DNA of 64,000 bases from Patescibacteria group bacterium UBA2196. GTDB taxonomy: Bacteria; Patescibacteriota; Patescibacteriia; UBA2196. The position numbers and the translations under genes were made by a program. The stretch is from NCBI GenBank assembly GCA_002328025.1, contig DCVE01000014.1:5882-69881 (forward strand), read 5' to 3'. The first letter of the stretch is position 1. Each line of letters starts with the position of its first letter. Below the pieces are notes generated by a model. It was not told the DNA's origin. It was given only the letters and a program-made list of their open reading frames with translations, and made no database searches. This document shows positions 18,919 to 31,765 of this stretch, one piece after another.

Positions 18919-20196
18919 ATGAGGATAGTCTTTGTCAGTAACGATTTGGAAAAAGTATCTTACTGTGTGGAATCTATTACTGACGCCAAGTTGATAACTT
19001 TTGCTGATCAGAAAGACAAACCGTGGCCTAAAAATTGGTCAGTTGTTTTTTTTCATATTTATAAAAATTTTAGCACATTAGCTTTGTTATCTAACCCACG
19101 TTTTAAAGATTTTGTTTTTGAAAATAGCATTGTTTTTTTGGCGGTATTTAAAAATAGCTATTTAATTGAATTGACAGCCCAAAAAAACAATCTTAAACTT
19201 TTAAATCCACCCAGTTTTTTAATTGAAAAAATTGAAGGTAAAATTTCCCAATTAATTTTTTTTGAAAAACTAAAAAATTATTTTCCACCGTTTATTGTTG
19301 CGACGCCAGAAAGCCACACTTTTCAAGATTTAGTAAAAATACTGGGCAATAAAATTATTGCTCAATTTAACACCAGTCATTCTGGTGAAGGCACGTTTTT
19401 TTTGGATGCAGATTTATGGCAAAGCTGGTATCACAAATTTCCTCAACGCCCAATACGTTTAAGTCAGTTTATTGGGGGCGAAAATTTAACTCTTAATTTG
19501 CTAGTTTTACCGCAGGGAATTTTAAATGGGCAATTAAGTTTGCAATTGACTGGATTAGAAAATTTAACCGATCAAAAGTTTGCCACCGTTGGGAATGCGT
19601 GGGTTGATTTTGATAGCGAAGTTTTACAACAAGCCAAACTTTTAAGTATTGAAGTGGGAAATATTTTACGAGGAAATAATTTTTTTGGACCTGCTGGTCT
19701 TGATTTTGTTTATGACAAAAATGCTTGTCGGCTGTATTTAATTGAAGTCAACGCTCGTCAGACAGCTTCTTTTAATTTGGAAAATTGGTTACTAAAGCTG
19801 GCTGGCGGTCAACCCATGTTTGATTTTTTAATTAATTATTGGCAAGGGAAAATATTAAATAAACTGCCAGAAAATTTTACCAAACTTTCCGGTGGCCAAA
19901 TTGTTTGGCGTGCGAATAAAGATGATCAGGGTGTTTTAAATCAAGCCCCAGCCACAGGAATTTATACACTCAAAGACGGACAGGTTGTTTATCAAGAAAA
20001 GCGTATAATTTTAAAAAATAAAAACGAGTTTTTAGTTTTTGTTAAAACCACCGGTAGATCAATAGTTGCAGGTGAAGAAATTTTAAAAATACAAACGGGT
20101 TGTAATTTTTTATCTCACAACAATGATTTGTCGCCAGAAATTAAACTTCTGATTGCTGAGTTGAAAAAAGAGACCAAGTTTGCTAAAATAAAGTAA
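18919..20196 (+). CDS. ATP-grasp domain protein
   Basis: SHSGEGTFF, FGPAGLDFVYDKNACRLYLIEVNAR (ATP-grasp E/N/R motif); 7 nt after PLP gene. Confidence 0.55.
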   Translation: MRIVFVSNDLEKVSYCVESITDAKLITFADQKDKPWPKNWSVVFFHIYKNFSTLALLSNPRFKDFVFENSIVFLAVFKNSYLIELTAQKNNLKLLNPPSFLIEKIEGKISQLIFFEKLKNYFPPFIVATPESHTFQDLVKILGNKIIAQFNTSHSGEGTFFLDADLWQSWYHKFPQRPIRLSQFIGGENLTLNLLVLPQGILNGQLSLQLTGLENLTDQKFATVGNAWVDFDSEVLQQAKLLSIEVGNILRGNNFFGPAGLDFVYDKNACRLYLIEVNARQTASFNLENWLLKLAGGQPMFDFLINYWQGKILNKLPENFTKLSGGQIVWRANKDDQGVLNQAPATGIYTLKDGQVVYQEKRIILKNKNEFLVFVKTTGRSIVAGEEILKIQTGCNFLSHNNDLSPEIKLLIAELKKETKFAKIK

Positions 20197-20213
20197 ATCC
20201 TTATTATTTTTTT

Positions 20214-21284
20214 ATGTCCACCTTTGAAATTATTTTAATTGTCGTTTGTCTAGGCGGTTTTAGCGCTGTGTTATGGTTGCTGTCGCATAAAGGCGGCCGT
20301 GACACCCCGCAAGAACAGCAACTAAAAACAGTTAATGATGAAATGGTTAAAATTAAAGATGAAATGAAAAGCAGTTTGGAAAAAAATCTTGATTTTTTAC
20401 AAAAACAGTCCTTTGCAACGACTGATATGATGCAAAAACAGTCCAGCGAAACGGCCAAAATAGTGCAAGACGTAACCTCTAAATTAGAAAAATTGGAAGC
20501 CACCAACAAACAAGTGGTTGATTTTACTGGTCAATTGCAAAATTTAGAAAAAGTTTTAACCAATTCAAAAAATCGTGGTTCTTTGGGAGAAGCAAGTTTA
20601 GAATTAATTTTGAGCAATATTTTGCCGCCCCAGACATATGAAATGCAATATCGTTTTGAAAACGGTGAAGTGGTGGATGCGATAATTAAAATTAAAGATA
20701 AAATTTTATCTGTTGACGCTAAGTTTTCGTTAGAAAATTATCGACGTATTATGTCTGAAAAAGACGCCGATGAAAAGAAAAGATTAGAATTGGTTTTTCG
20801 TAATGATTTAAAAAAGAGAATTGATGAAACATCTAAATATATTCGGCCGAGCGAAAATACTTTAGACTTTGCTTTTATGTTTATTCCAGCCGAAGGAATT
20901 TATTATGATTTATTAATTAATGAGGTGGGAGCAGTTAAAATTGATACCGGTGGTTTGATTGATTATGCTTTTCGGGAAAAGAAAGTGATTATTGTTTCGC
21001 CCACCACCTTTGCCGCTTATTTACAAACCGTCTTACAGGGTTTACGAGCTTTACAAATTGAAGAATCAGCCAAGGAAATTCGCAAACGCGTTGAAGATTT
21101 GGGTAAGCATCTCATAAATTTTGATGATTTTATGAAAAAACTGGGTAATAATTTGGGTACCACCGTTAATATGTATAACAATGCTTATAGAGAACTAAAT
21201 AAAATTGATAAAGACGTAGTAAAAATAACAGAAGGTGAAAAAAAAATTGAGCCTTTGGTTTTAGATAAACCACACACAGAATAA
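20214..21284 (+). CDS. rmuC: DNA recombination protein RmuC
   Basis: N-terminal TM, coiled coil, NSKNRGSLGEASLELIL. Confidence 0.8.
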   Translation: MSTFEIILIVVCLGGFSAVLWLLSHKGGRDTPQEQQLKTVNDEMVKIKDEMKSSLEKNLDFLQKQSFATTDMMQKQSSETAKIVQDVTSKLEKLEATNKQVVDFTGQLQNLEKVLTNSKNRGSLGEASLELILSNILPPQTYEMQYRFENGEVVDAIIKIKDKILSVDAKFSLENYRRIMSEKDADEKKRLELVFRNDLKKRIDETSKYIRPSENTLDFAFMFIPAEGIYYDLLINEVGAVKIDTGGLIDYAFREKKVIIVSPTTFAAYLQTVLQGLRALQIEESAKEIRKRVEDLGKHLINFDDFMKKLGNNLGTTVNMYNNAYRELNKIDKDVVKITEGEKKIEPLVLDKPHTE

Positions 21285-21299
21285 AAATTTACTACATAT

Positions 21300-21352
21300 T
21301 TGACGTTAGCATGAAATTAATATAAAATATAAACGTAGATCATAGTATAATC
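21300..21352 (+). promoter_or_regulatory. candidate promoter(s) of the atp operon
   Basis: TTGACG...TATAAAAT and a perfect TATAAT (tagtataat) upstream of atpI. Confidence 0.3.
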
Positions 21353-21391
21353 TTATCTTAATAAAAACTTCTTTTCTGGAGCTTTTATTTT

Positions 21392-21646
21392 TTGCATAAA
21401 ACAAGAAATATGTCCAATAATTATCAAAAAAACATTGCTGCACTAGGCTTAGTTTGGGAATTGCTTTATAATTTAGCCATACCTGTGGTGGTTTTTACGC
21501 TTGTTGGTAATTATTTAGACAAAAAATTGGGTTATAACTTTTTATTTATAATAATTGGTGGTATTTTGGGTATTGGGTTAGCCCTTTTTATTGTCTATAA
21601 AAAATCAGCCAGTTTAAAAAAACGTTTCTACCCCAAAGAAAAATAA
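21392..21646 (+). CDS. atpI: ATP synthase protein I/AtpZ-like small membrane protein
   Basis: position immediately upstream of atpB, two TM helices. Confidence 0.4.
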   Translation: MHKTRNMSNNYQKNIAALGLVWELLYNLAIPVVVFTLVGNYLDKKLGYNFLFIIIGGILGIGLALFIVYKKSASLKKRFYPKEK

Positions 21647-21655
21647 TTTAATATT

Positions 21656-22444
21656 ATGCATTTAAGCTTAGCTGCAGAACCAATTTTTTATTTTCTTGGT
21701 TTTCCTGTTACTAATTCTATTATTAACACCTGGTTAGCCATTATTTTTTTCTTTGGCATTGGTTTAACTTTAAAAATTAAAGGTATAAAAAAAATACCCC
21801 TTGGCCTACAAAATTTTTTAGAGCTTGTTTTAGAAACCATACTAAAATATATTGACGGTGTAACGCATGATCGCAAAAAATCTGAAAGATTTTTACCAAT
21901 TATTGCTAGTTTGTTTTTATTTATTTTAATTTTAAACTGGATGGGTCAAATTCCAGGTACTGGTTCTGTCGGTTGGTGGGAACACAAAGAAGGCGTAAAG
22001 ATTTTGGTACCTTTTTTACGGCCCGCTACCAGTGATCTTAATACCACCTTGGCCTTAGCCATTTTTGCAGTTATAAGCACACATGTTTTTGGTATAATTT
22101 CTATAGGTTTTTTAAAGCATTTTAATAAATATTTACACTTTGGTGGTCTTTTTAAAGCGATTAAGATATTTAATCCGTTAAAAATTTTTACCGCTTTTAT
22201 TAATTTTTTTATTGGAATCATTGAATTGTTTTCAGAAGTTGCTAAAACAGTTTCTCTGTCTTTAAGGTTATTTGGTAATGTTTTTGCTGGCGAGGTATTA
22301 TTAACTGTCATGGCATCTTTGGTGGCCTACTTTATTCCGTTGCCGTTTATGTTTTTAGAGCTTTTGGTCGGTTTGGTTCAGGCAACTATTTTTGCTATGT
22401 TGACTTTGGTGTTTATGGAAGTAGCCAGTGCTGAAGCGCATTAA
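21656..22444 (+). CDS. atpB: F0F1 ATP synthase subunit a
   Basis: LSLRLFGNVFAGEVLL. Confidence 0.9.
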   Translation: MHLSLAAEPIFYFLGFPVTNSIINTWLAIIFFFGIGLTLKIKGIKKIPLGLQNFLELVLETILKYIDGVTHDRKKSERFLPIIASLFLFILILNWMGQIPGTGSVGWWEHKEGVKILVPFLRPATSDLNTTLALAIFAVISTHVFGIISIGFLKHFNKYLHFGGLFKAIKIFNPLKIFTAFINFFIGIIELFSEVAKTVSLSLRLFGNVFAGEVLLTVMASLVAYFIPLPFMFLELLVGLVQATIFAMLTLVFMEVASAEAH

Positions 22445-22531
22445 TTTTTTTTAATAAATTATTAATAGGACATAAAATATTTTTGGCGTTATCGGCCGTT
22501 TCGCCTCGGCCTGTCCTAAAGAAGGTTAATT

Positions 22532-22750
22532 ATGGATGCAGAGATGATAAAAATTGTGGCCAAAAGTTTAACTATGGCCATTGGTGGTATTTTTCCAGCC
22601 CTAGCTATTGGAAAAATTGTCTCCAAAGCCATGGAAGCCATCGGGCGTAATCCAGAAGCTGGTGATAAACTTTTTGTGCCCATGCTTTTAGGGGCTGCTT
22701 TTTCCGAAGCCATTGCTATTTATGCTTTGGTGGTAGTCTTTACTTTATAA
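22532..22750 (+). CDS. atpE: F0F1 ATP synthase subunit c
   Basis: 72 aa hairpin, GRNPEA...LGAAFSEAIAIYALVV. Confidence 0.9.
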   Translation: MDAEMIKIVAKSLTMAIGGIFPALAIGKIVSKAMEAIGRNPEAGDKLFVPMLLGAAFSEAIAIYALVVVFTL

Positions 22751-22826
22751 TTTTTTAAACCTGCTTTTTTAAGCAGGCAAGGGGTTATGTTTTTAATTCC
22801 TTGTTTGTTTATTAAACTTTAAAATC

Positions 22827-23387
22827 ATGTCTTTAATTTTTATTAACACAGTTTGGGCTGCCACTGAGGCTGTTGCCGAAAACCCAGTTGCACAACAGGA
22901 CTTGTTGGCTGTTTTGGGTATTGATTGGAAAATTTTAATTGCTCAAATTATAAACTTTGCTATTGTGTTGTTAATTTTATGGCGCTGGGTTTATAAACCA
23001 CTAATTAAGACACTATCAGAACGGACTAAAAAAATAGACACCAGTTTAAAGAATGTTGGTGAAATTGAAACGCGTTTGGCACAGGTTAAGGTTGAACAAG
23101 AAAATATTTTAAACACTGCCAGACAAGAGGCAACCTTTATTATTGAAGAGGCACAAAAAAGTGTCTTGATTGAACAGCAGAAAATTGCAGATGAAACTAA
23201 AGTACAAATTGAAAAACAGTTAGCTGTGGCTAAAGATAAATTAAAACAGGAAAAAGATCAGGTTTTGTTGGATATAAAAAAAGCCGCAGCTGGTTTAATT
23301 GAAATTGGGGCGGCAAAAATTTTAGCTGAAAAAATCGATGCCAAAACTAATAAAAAAATAATAAAAAATAATTTAGATATAAGTTAG
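22827..23387 (+). CDS. atpF: F0F1 ATP synthase subunit b
   Basis: N-terminal TM plus long charged coiled coil, operon position. Confidence 0.75.
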   Translation: MSLIFINTVWAATEAVAENPVAQQDLLAVLGIDWKILIAQIINFAIVLLILWRWVYKPLIKTLSERTKKIDTSLKNVGEIETRLAQVKVEQENILNTARQEATFIIEEAQKSVLIEQQKIADETKVQIEKQLAVAKDKLKQEKDQVLLDIKKAAAGLIEIGAAKILAEKIDAKTNKKIIKNNLDIS

Positions 23388-23395
23388 TTAATATT

Positions 23396-23794
23396 ATGTA
23401 TAGTCAATTAGCTTACGCCCAATTGCTTTATTGGTTATCTCAGCATGAGTCCAGCGCCAAAATTGCGGTTGAAAAGTTTTTACTATTTTTAAAAGCTAAT
23501 GGCGATGAAAAACGTTTAGCCGCTATTGTTAATTTTTTTACACACAACCATCAAATACTTTCTGGTGTGCTAGAGTCGCGAGTGATATCGGCTAATAAAT
23601 TAGACAAAGAAACCATGACCTGTATAAAAAATTATTTGCGTCGAATAATACCCAGTGCTAAAGATATAATTTTACAGCCAGAGATAGATACCAACCTTTT
23701 GGGTGGAGTAAAAATTTTATACAACGATACCTTGTTAGATTTGACTATTAAAAAACAACTCACTAATTTAAAAAATAGCTTGTTAAAAATATGA
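23396..23794 (+). CDS. atpH: F0F1 ATP synthase subunit delta (short)
   Basis: operon position, [22 protein letters not shown]-terminus. Confidence 0.6.
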   Translation: MYSQLAYAQLLYWLSQHESSAKIAVEKFLLFLKANGDEKRLAAIVNFFTHNHQILSGVLESRVISANKLDKETMTCIKNYLRRIIPSAKDIILQPEIDTNLLGGVKILYNDTLLDLTIKKQLTNLKNSLLKI

Positions 23795-25311
23795 AAATAA
23801 ACAAAGAAGAAATTTTAGCAGAATTGAAAACGCAAATTGATGTTTTTCAAAATACTTTTAAACAGGAACATGTGGGGCGTGTGGCGGAAGTTGGTGATGG
23901 TATAGTCAAGGTAGTTGGTTTGGATGCCATAAAAATGTCAGAAATGGTGGAGTTTAAAAAAGATGAACAAGTTATTGTTTCTGGTGTGGCCTTAAACCTA
24001 TTAACTGATGGAGTGGGGATTATTGTTTTGGGTGATAGCACGCTAATTAAAGAAGGTGATTTAGCCTACGCGACAGGAAAAATTTTATCTGTGCCAGTTG
24101 GTAATGAACTTCTGGGTCGCGTAGTTAATCCTCTGGGAGAACAGCTTGATGATCAAGGCCCCATAAAAGCGATGACTAATTATCCGGTTGAAAAAATTGC
24201 TCCCGGTGTAGTTACTCGTGAGTCAGTCAAAAACCCACTACAAACTGGCATTAAGGCCATTGATTCGGTTATTCCCATTGGTCGTGGTCAGCGCGAGTTA
24301 ATTATTGGCGATCGTCAAACTGGTAAGACAGCCATTGCTATTGATACCATTATTAATCAAAAAGACACTGATGTTATACCAATCTATGTGGCCATTGGGC
24401 AAAAAGAGTCAAAGGTGGCAAAGATTATTGTTGAACTAAAAAAACACAACGTGATGGACAAAACCATTGTGGTGTTAGCTGGCGCTTCTGATCCCGCCGC
24501 CTTGTCTTATATTGCACCTTATGCGGGTTGTGCCATGGCAGAATATTTTATGGATCAAGGCAAAGATGTTTTAATTGTTTATGATGATCTATCAAAACAC
24601 GCTTGGGCCTATCGTGAAATATCATTATTGTTGCGCCGTCCACCAGGTCGCGAAGCCTATCCAGGTGATATTTTTTATTTGCACTCAAGATTGTTGGAAA
24701 GATCGGCCAAACTTAGTTCAGATTTTGGCGGTGGTTCCATTACAGCTTTACCAATCATTGAAACTCAAGCTGGCGATGTCTCGGCTTATATTCCAACCAA
24801 TGTTATTTCTATTACTGATGGTCAAATTTATTTAGAGGCTGATTTATTTTATCAAGGTGTTAGACCGGCTCTAAATGTTGGTTTGTCAGTTTCGCGTGTT
24901 GGTTCAGCTGCGCAAATTAAAGCCATGAAACAGGTGGCTGGCAAATTGCGTATTGATTTAGCACAGTTTAGAGAATTGGAAGCTTTTGCTCAATTTAGTT
25001 CTGATTTGGATACAGAAACAAAAAAAAGACTAGAACTTGGTAAGCGCTTGTCAGAATTATTAAAACAGGATCAATATGAACCCATGCCGGTTACGGAACA
25101 AGTAGCTGTTTTATATGCGGCAGTTAACGGTTTGTTAAATGAAGTGCCGCTTGAAAAAATTAAACTTTGGGAAAAAGGTTTTATTAATTATTTAAAAATT
25201 AATGGCCAACAAATTTTGATTGATCTAAGTAAACCCACCGGGCTCACAGCAGAATTGGAAGAGAAACTCAAACAGTCCGTGATTGAATATAGTCAAAGTT
25301 TTAAATCTTAA
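23791..25311 (+). CDS. atpA: F0F1 ATP synthase subunit alpha
   Basis: [19 protein letters not shown]-loop. Confidence 0.95.
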   Translation: MKINKEEILAELKTQIDVFQNTFKQEHVGRVAEVGDGIVKVVGLDAIKMSEMVEFKKDEQVIVSGVALNLLTDGVGIIVLGDSTLIKEGDLAYATGKILSVPVGNELLGRVVNPLGEQLDDQGPIKAMTNYPVEKIAPGVVTRESVKNPLQTGIKAIDSVIPIGRGQRELIIGDRQTGKTAIAIDTIINQKDTDVIPIYVAIGQKESKVAKIIVELKKHNVMDKTIVVLAGASDPAALSYIAPYAGCAMAEYFMDQGKDVLIVYDDLSKHAWAYREISLLLRRPPGREAYPGDIFYLHSRLLERSAKLSSDFGGGSITALPIIETQAGDVSAYIPTNVISITDGQIYLEADLFYQGVRPALNVGLSVSRVGSAAQIKAMKQVAGKLRIDLAQFRELEAFAQFSSDLDTETKKRLELGKRLSELLKQDQYEPMPVTEQVAVLYAAVNGLLNEVPLEKIKLWEKGFINYLKINGQQILIDLSKPTGLTAELEEKLKQSVIEYSQSFKS

Positions 25312-25321
25312 ATTTAAGATT

Positions 25322-27669
<2,348 letters not shown>

Positions 27670-27684
27670 TTTCAGTTTTAAAAT

Positions 27685-28122
27685 ATGTTGCCAAAAATTA
27701 AATTTCAAATAACCACTCCAGAGAGAATAGTTTTTCAGGACGAGGTTGAAGCGGTTAGTTTGCCAACTGAAAATGGTGAGATAACTGTTTTAGCGCACCA
27801 TATCCCCTTGGTGACTAATTTAGTCGCGGGTGAAATTATTATTAAAAAAAGCGGTGAAAAAATAAGCCTAGCTGTGTCTGGTGGTTTGGTGCGGGTTAAT
27901 GCAACTTCAGAGGTTTTGGTCTTGGCCGACACAGCTGAACATGCTTTAGAAATTGATTTGCAAAGAGCCGAAGAAGCACGACTACGTGCCCAAGAAATGT
28001 TGGATGAAAAAAAAGAGGATGCCGAGGATTACGCCTTATTAAGCGCCAAGTTGCAAAAAGAATTAGTACGTCTTAAGGTGGCTAAAAAACATCACAGCAA
28101 AAAAATAAATTTTAATGATTAA
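27685..28122 (+). CDS. atpC: F0F1 ATP synthase subunit epsilon
   Basis: operon position and size. Confidence 0.85.
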   Translation: MLPKIKFQITTPERIVFQDEVEAVSLPTENGEITVLAHHIPLVTNLVAGEIIIKKSGEKISLAVSGGLVRVNATSEVLVLADTAEHALEIDLQRAEEARLRAQEMLDEKKEDAEDYALLSAKLQKELVRLKVAKKHHSKKINFND

Positions 28123-28164
28123 TTTTAAACTGTTTTAATAAAAGTAACATTGTTATATTAAAAA

Positions 28165-28196
28165 AACGTGTTTTTTAAAACACGGTTTTTTATTTT
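28165..28196 (+). terminator. rho-independent terminator after atpC
   Basis: cgtgtttt..aaaacacg hairpin followed by gttttttatttt. Confidence 0.5.
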
Positions 28197-28223
28197 ATAT
28201 TTTTATGCTAAAGTTTAGTTAAT

Positions 28224-31200
28224 ATGTCAACTCATGATTTAAATGAACAACAAAAACAGGCAGTTACTCATGGTAGTGGGCCGCTTTTAATTGTGGCTGG
28301 CGCTGGAACTGGTAAAACCACAGTTATTACCGAGCGGGTGGCGTGGTTGATTGAACAAGGTTTGGCACAAGCTGATGAAATTTTAGCTCTGACGTTTACC
28401 GATAAGGCAGCGAGCGAGATGGAAGAAAGAGTAGATCGTTTGTTACCATATGGCTATGTTGATTTGTGGATTATGACTTTTCATGCTTTTGCTGAACGTT
28501 TGTTGCAGCAACATGGTTTGGATATTGGTTTATCAACCAATTTTAAATTATTAAATCAAACCGAACAATGGCTTTTGGTGCGTCAAAATTTGGATCGTTT
28601 TAATTTGGATTATTATCAGCCTTTGGGTAATCCGACCAAGTTTATTCATGCTCTAATTAAACATTTTTCTCGTTGTAAAGATGAAGAAATTTGGCCGGAA
28701 GACTATTTAAAATATGCTGAGAATTTAAAAATTAATTTGGATAGTATGGAGGCAAGTGGAGGAGTTATGTTAAAACATGAAAATATTAAAACATTAAAAC
28801 CAGACCCCCTCCGCCCTGCGGGGCGACTCCCCCTTATCAAAGGGGAGATGGCCGAAGCTCCCCTCCTTTATAAGGAGGGGGTGGGGGGAGGTAGTGAAGA
28901 AATAGACACTTCAGAAATTAAAAGAGTGGAAGAAATTGCTAATGCCTATCATCTTTATCAACAATTGTTATTAGAAAACAGCTCTTTGGATTTTGGTGAT
29001 CTCATTAATTACACCTTAAAACTTTTGCGTACCCGGCCGCACATCTTAAAACTCTATCAAGAAAAATTTAAATATATTTTGGTGGACGAATTTCAAGATA
29101 CAAATTTTGCTCAGTATGAGCTAATTAAGCTTTTGGCCAGTGGCCACGGCAATTTAACCGTGGTGGGCGATGATGATCAATCAATTTATAAATTTCGCGG
29201 TGCTTCGGTGGCCAACATTTTACAATTTAAGGATGATTTTAAAAATGCTCATGAAATTTATTTAATTCACAACTATCGTTCTTGTCAAAATATTTTGGAT
29301 TTAGCCTATAATTTCATTCAACTCAACAATCCCGAACGTTTGGAAGTTAAACTCAAACAAATTTCTGACAATGTTTCAAATTTAAGCAAAAAACTTTTTG
29401 CCCAGTCAGTAGAAACAGGCAGCATTGAACTTTTGCAAGCCGAAGATGCTGGTGCTGAAGCTGTCATGGTGGTAGAAAAAATTTTAGCTTTAAAGGCGAG
29501 TGATCCAACCCTCACTTGGAATGATTTTGCTGTTTTAGTGCGTGCCAATTCGCAAGCGGAAACGTTTTTGTTAGCTTTACGTATGCAAGATTTGCCGCAT
29601 ACGTTTGTGGCGTCCAAGGGGTTGTATCAAAAAGAAGTAATTATGGACGTGTTGGCCTATCTAAAATTATTAGATAATTATCATGAATCATTGGCTTTGT
29701 GGCGTGTGTTAAATTTACCAACACTAAACATTGTCACTGAAGATCTAATGGAAATTAGTCGTTTTGCTACTCGTAAAGCCTGGTCGTTATTTGAATGTTT
29801 AAAACAAATTAATTTAGTTATTGCTATTTCTGAAGACACCAAGCAAAAAGTCACTAAAATTTTAGGTTTGCTAAATAAACACACCGCTCTGGCCAAAGAA
29901 AAAAGCGTGCGGCATGTTGTTCTGGCTTTTTTACAAGATTTTAATTACAGTCAATATTTGCTCAAAAAAAATGATGTGCAATCTTTTAGTTATTTAAATC
30001 AATTGGGAAAAAAGATTGATGATTTTTCTGCCCGAGGTGGAGATCAATCATTTGATGAACGCAGTGTAAAAAATTTTATCAATTTAATTAGTCTAGAGCT
30101 GGAAGCCGGCGAAGAGGGTAGTTTGATTCCAGAATCTGATGAGGGGCCAGAAGCCATAAAAGTTATGACCGTACATGCAGCCAAGGGTTTGGAATTTAAA
30201 TATGTTTTTGTGGTTGGTTTGGTGGATAAAAGATTTCCTTCGCTAGAAAGAAAAGAATCCATTGAATTACCCATAGAATTAATAAAAGAAAAAATTCCAA
30301 CCGGCGATATTCATTTGCAAGAGGAAAGACGACTTTTTTATGTCGCTATGACGCGTGCCAAACAAGGTTTATTTTTTACAGTGGCTGAAAATTATGGTGG
30401 CAAAGAACGTAAAAAATTATCGCGTTTTTTGTTTGAAATTGATTTGGCCGTGCCAGAAACCATAAAAATTAAAAGCAAAAAAAATATTTTAGATGACGAC
30501 TTAAATTTAAAGCCGGCCATGGCAGTTTCTAAAAACCCAACCACCAAGACAACACCTTCGATTGAAAACAGTCATTTTTCTTTTTCACAACTCAAAGCTT
30601 TTGCTATGTGCCCTTATCAATATTATTTAAGTTTTGTGGTTAAGGTGCCGGTCATGGGTAAAGCCAGTTTTAGTTATGGCAAGACCATGCACTCTACTTT
30701 ACAAAAGTTTTTTACGTTAATTAAAGATAGTAATATTTCTACGCAAAACGAACTTTTTGCTGGCACTCAAAAATCGATAGTTAATAATAAAACTAAAAAA
30801 ATTCCAACCTGGGAACAGGTGTTAAATTTTTATAACGAATCTTGGATAGATGATTGGTATGTTGATAAAAAACAAAAAGACGAATACAGAAAATTAGGTG
30901 AAAAATCTTTAAGAAAATTATATACCCAGTTGCAGGAATTTGGTATTCCCGAGACGCAATTTTTGGAAATTGGTTTTAATTTCAAATTAGCAACTCGCAC
31001 CATTAAGGGTTTTATTGATCGAGTGGACAAGCTGCCCGGTGGTGGATTTGAAATAATAGATTATAAAACCGGCGCGTCCAAAAATGAAAAAACTTTAGAA
31101 AAAGATCAATTGTTAATTTATCAAATTGCAGCTGTTGAGAATTTACATTGGCCAGTAGAAAAATTAACTTTTTATTATCTTGATGATGGCACGGCGGTTT

Positions 31201-31355
31201 CTTTTTTAGGCACCGCTAAGGAAGTTGATAAGATGAAAGAAAAAATTATAGTCATTACTGATAAAATTATGCAGGCTGATTTTTCTGCCACACCATCAGT
31301 CTTTAATTGTCATTATTGTGATTTTAAAGAAATCTGCCAATATCGCGAATTATAA
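28224..31355 (+). CDS. UvrD/PcrA-family helicase fused to a C-terminal PD-(D/E)xK (RecB/Cas4-like) nuclease domain
   Basis: QQKQAV..AGAGTGKTT; C-terminal QLKAFAMCPYQYY...IDRVDK...EIIDYKTG...CHYCDFKEIC. Confidence 0.8.
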   Translation: MSTHDLNEQQKQAVTHGSGPLLIVAGAGTGKTTVITERVAWLIEQGLAQADEILALTFTDKAASEMEERVDRLLPYGYVDLWIMTFHAFAERLLQQHGLDIGLSTNFKLLNQTEQWLLVRQNLDRFNLDYYQPLGNPTKFIHALIKHFSRCKDEEIWPEDYLKYAENLKINLDSMEASGGVMLKHENIKTLKPDPLRPAGRLPLIKGEMAEAPLLYKEGVGGGSEEIDTSEIKRVEEIANAYHLYQQLLLENSSLDFGDLINYTLKLLRTRPHILKLYQEKFKYILVDEFQDTNFAQYELIKLLASGHGNLTVVGDDDQSIYKFRGASVANILQFKDDFKNAHEIYLIHNYRSCQNILDLAYNFIQLNNPERLEVKLKQISDNVSNLSKKLFAQSVETGSIELLQAEDAGAEAVMVVEKILALKASDPTLTWNDFAVLVRANSQAETFLLALRMQDLPHTFVASKGLYQKEVIMDVLAYLKLLDNYHESLALWRVLNLPTLNIVTEDLMEISRFATRKAWSLFECLKQINLVIAISEDTKQKVTKILGLLNKHTALAKEKSVRHVVLAFLQDFNYSQYLLKKNDVQSFSYLNQLGKKIDDFSARGGDQSFDERSVKNFINLISLELEAGEEGSLIPESDEGPEAIKVMTVHAAKGLEFKYVFVVGLVDKRFPSLERKESIELPIELIKEKIPTGDIHLQEERRLFYVAMTRAKQGLFFTVAENYGGKERKKLSRFLFEIDLAVPETIKIKSKKNILDDDLNLKPAMAVSKNPTTKTTPSIENSHFSFSQLKAFAMCPYQYYLSFVVKVPVMGKASFSYGKTMHSTLQKFFTLIKDSNISTQNELFAGTQKSIVNNKTKKIPTWEQVLNFYNESWIDDWYVDKKQKDEYRKLGEKSLRKLYTQLQEFGIPETQFLEIGFNFKLATRTIKGFIDRVDKLPGGGFEIIDYKTGASKNEKTLEKDQLLIYQIAAVENLHWPVEKLTFYYLDDGTAVSFLGTAKEVDKMKEKIIVITDKIMQADFSATPSVFNCHYCDFKEICQYREL
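28803..28890. repeat. composite GC-rich palindromic insertion (three hairpin modules) in-frame in the helicase gene
   Basis: cgccc-tgcg-gggcg; ctcccc-cttatcaaa-ggggag; cccctcctt-tat-aaggagggg (28860-28880), ends gggaggt; encodes PLRPAGRLPLIKGEMAEAPLLYKEGVGGG. Confidence 0.6.
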
Positions 31356-31367
31356 TTATGTTTTTCT

Positions 31368-31664
31368 ATGTCTTTTACTCAAATTTACAATATTTTAAAT
31401 AAACAAGTAGTTAGTAAAGGCTTGACGCATCAAATTACTGCCGCGTTATTATGTGAGGAATTTGATAAAATGGTGGTTGAAAAATGGGGGATTGAGATGC
31501 AGAACAAAGCCAAGGCCTTGTACTGGAAAGATAAAATTTTAACCGTGGCTTGTTTGTCATCCACCATGGCGCAGGAGATCAAGTTAAATGAGGGTCAAAT
31601 TTTGGATGTTTTAAACAAAAAATTTAACTCTTTGGTGGTGGAAAAAATTAGATATGTTTTGTAG
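31368..31664 (+). CDS. DUF721/DciA-like small protein
   Basis: 98 aa, LTVACLSSTMAQEIKLNEGQIL pattern. Confidence 0.35.
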   Translation: MSFTQIYNILNKQVVSKGLTHQITAALLCEEFDKMVVEKWGIEMQNKAKALYWKDKILTVACLSSTMAQEIKLNEGQILDVLNKKFNSLVVEKIRYVL

Positions 31665-31765
31665 TTAAGATTAGCCAAAAAAAGCGTTTATTTACATTTG
31701 CCGTTATTTTTCTTTTTTGGTATAATAAAAACACTTACTTTAAGGTCTAAAACAACCAAAAAGCC

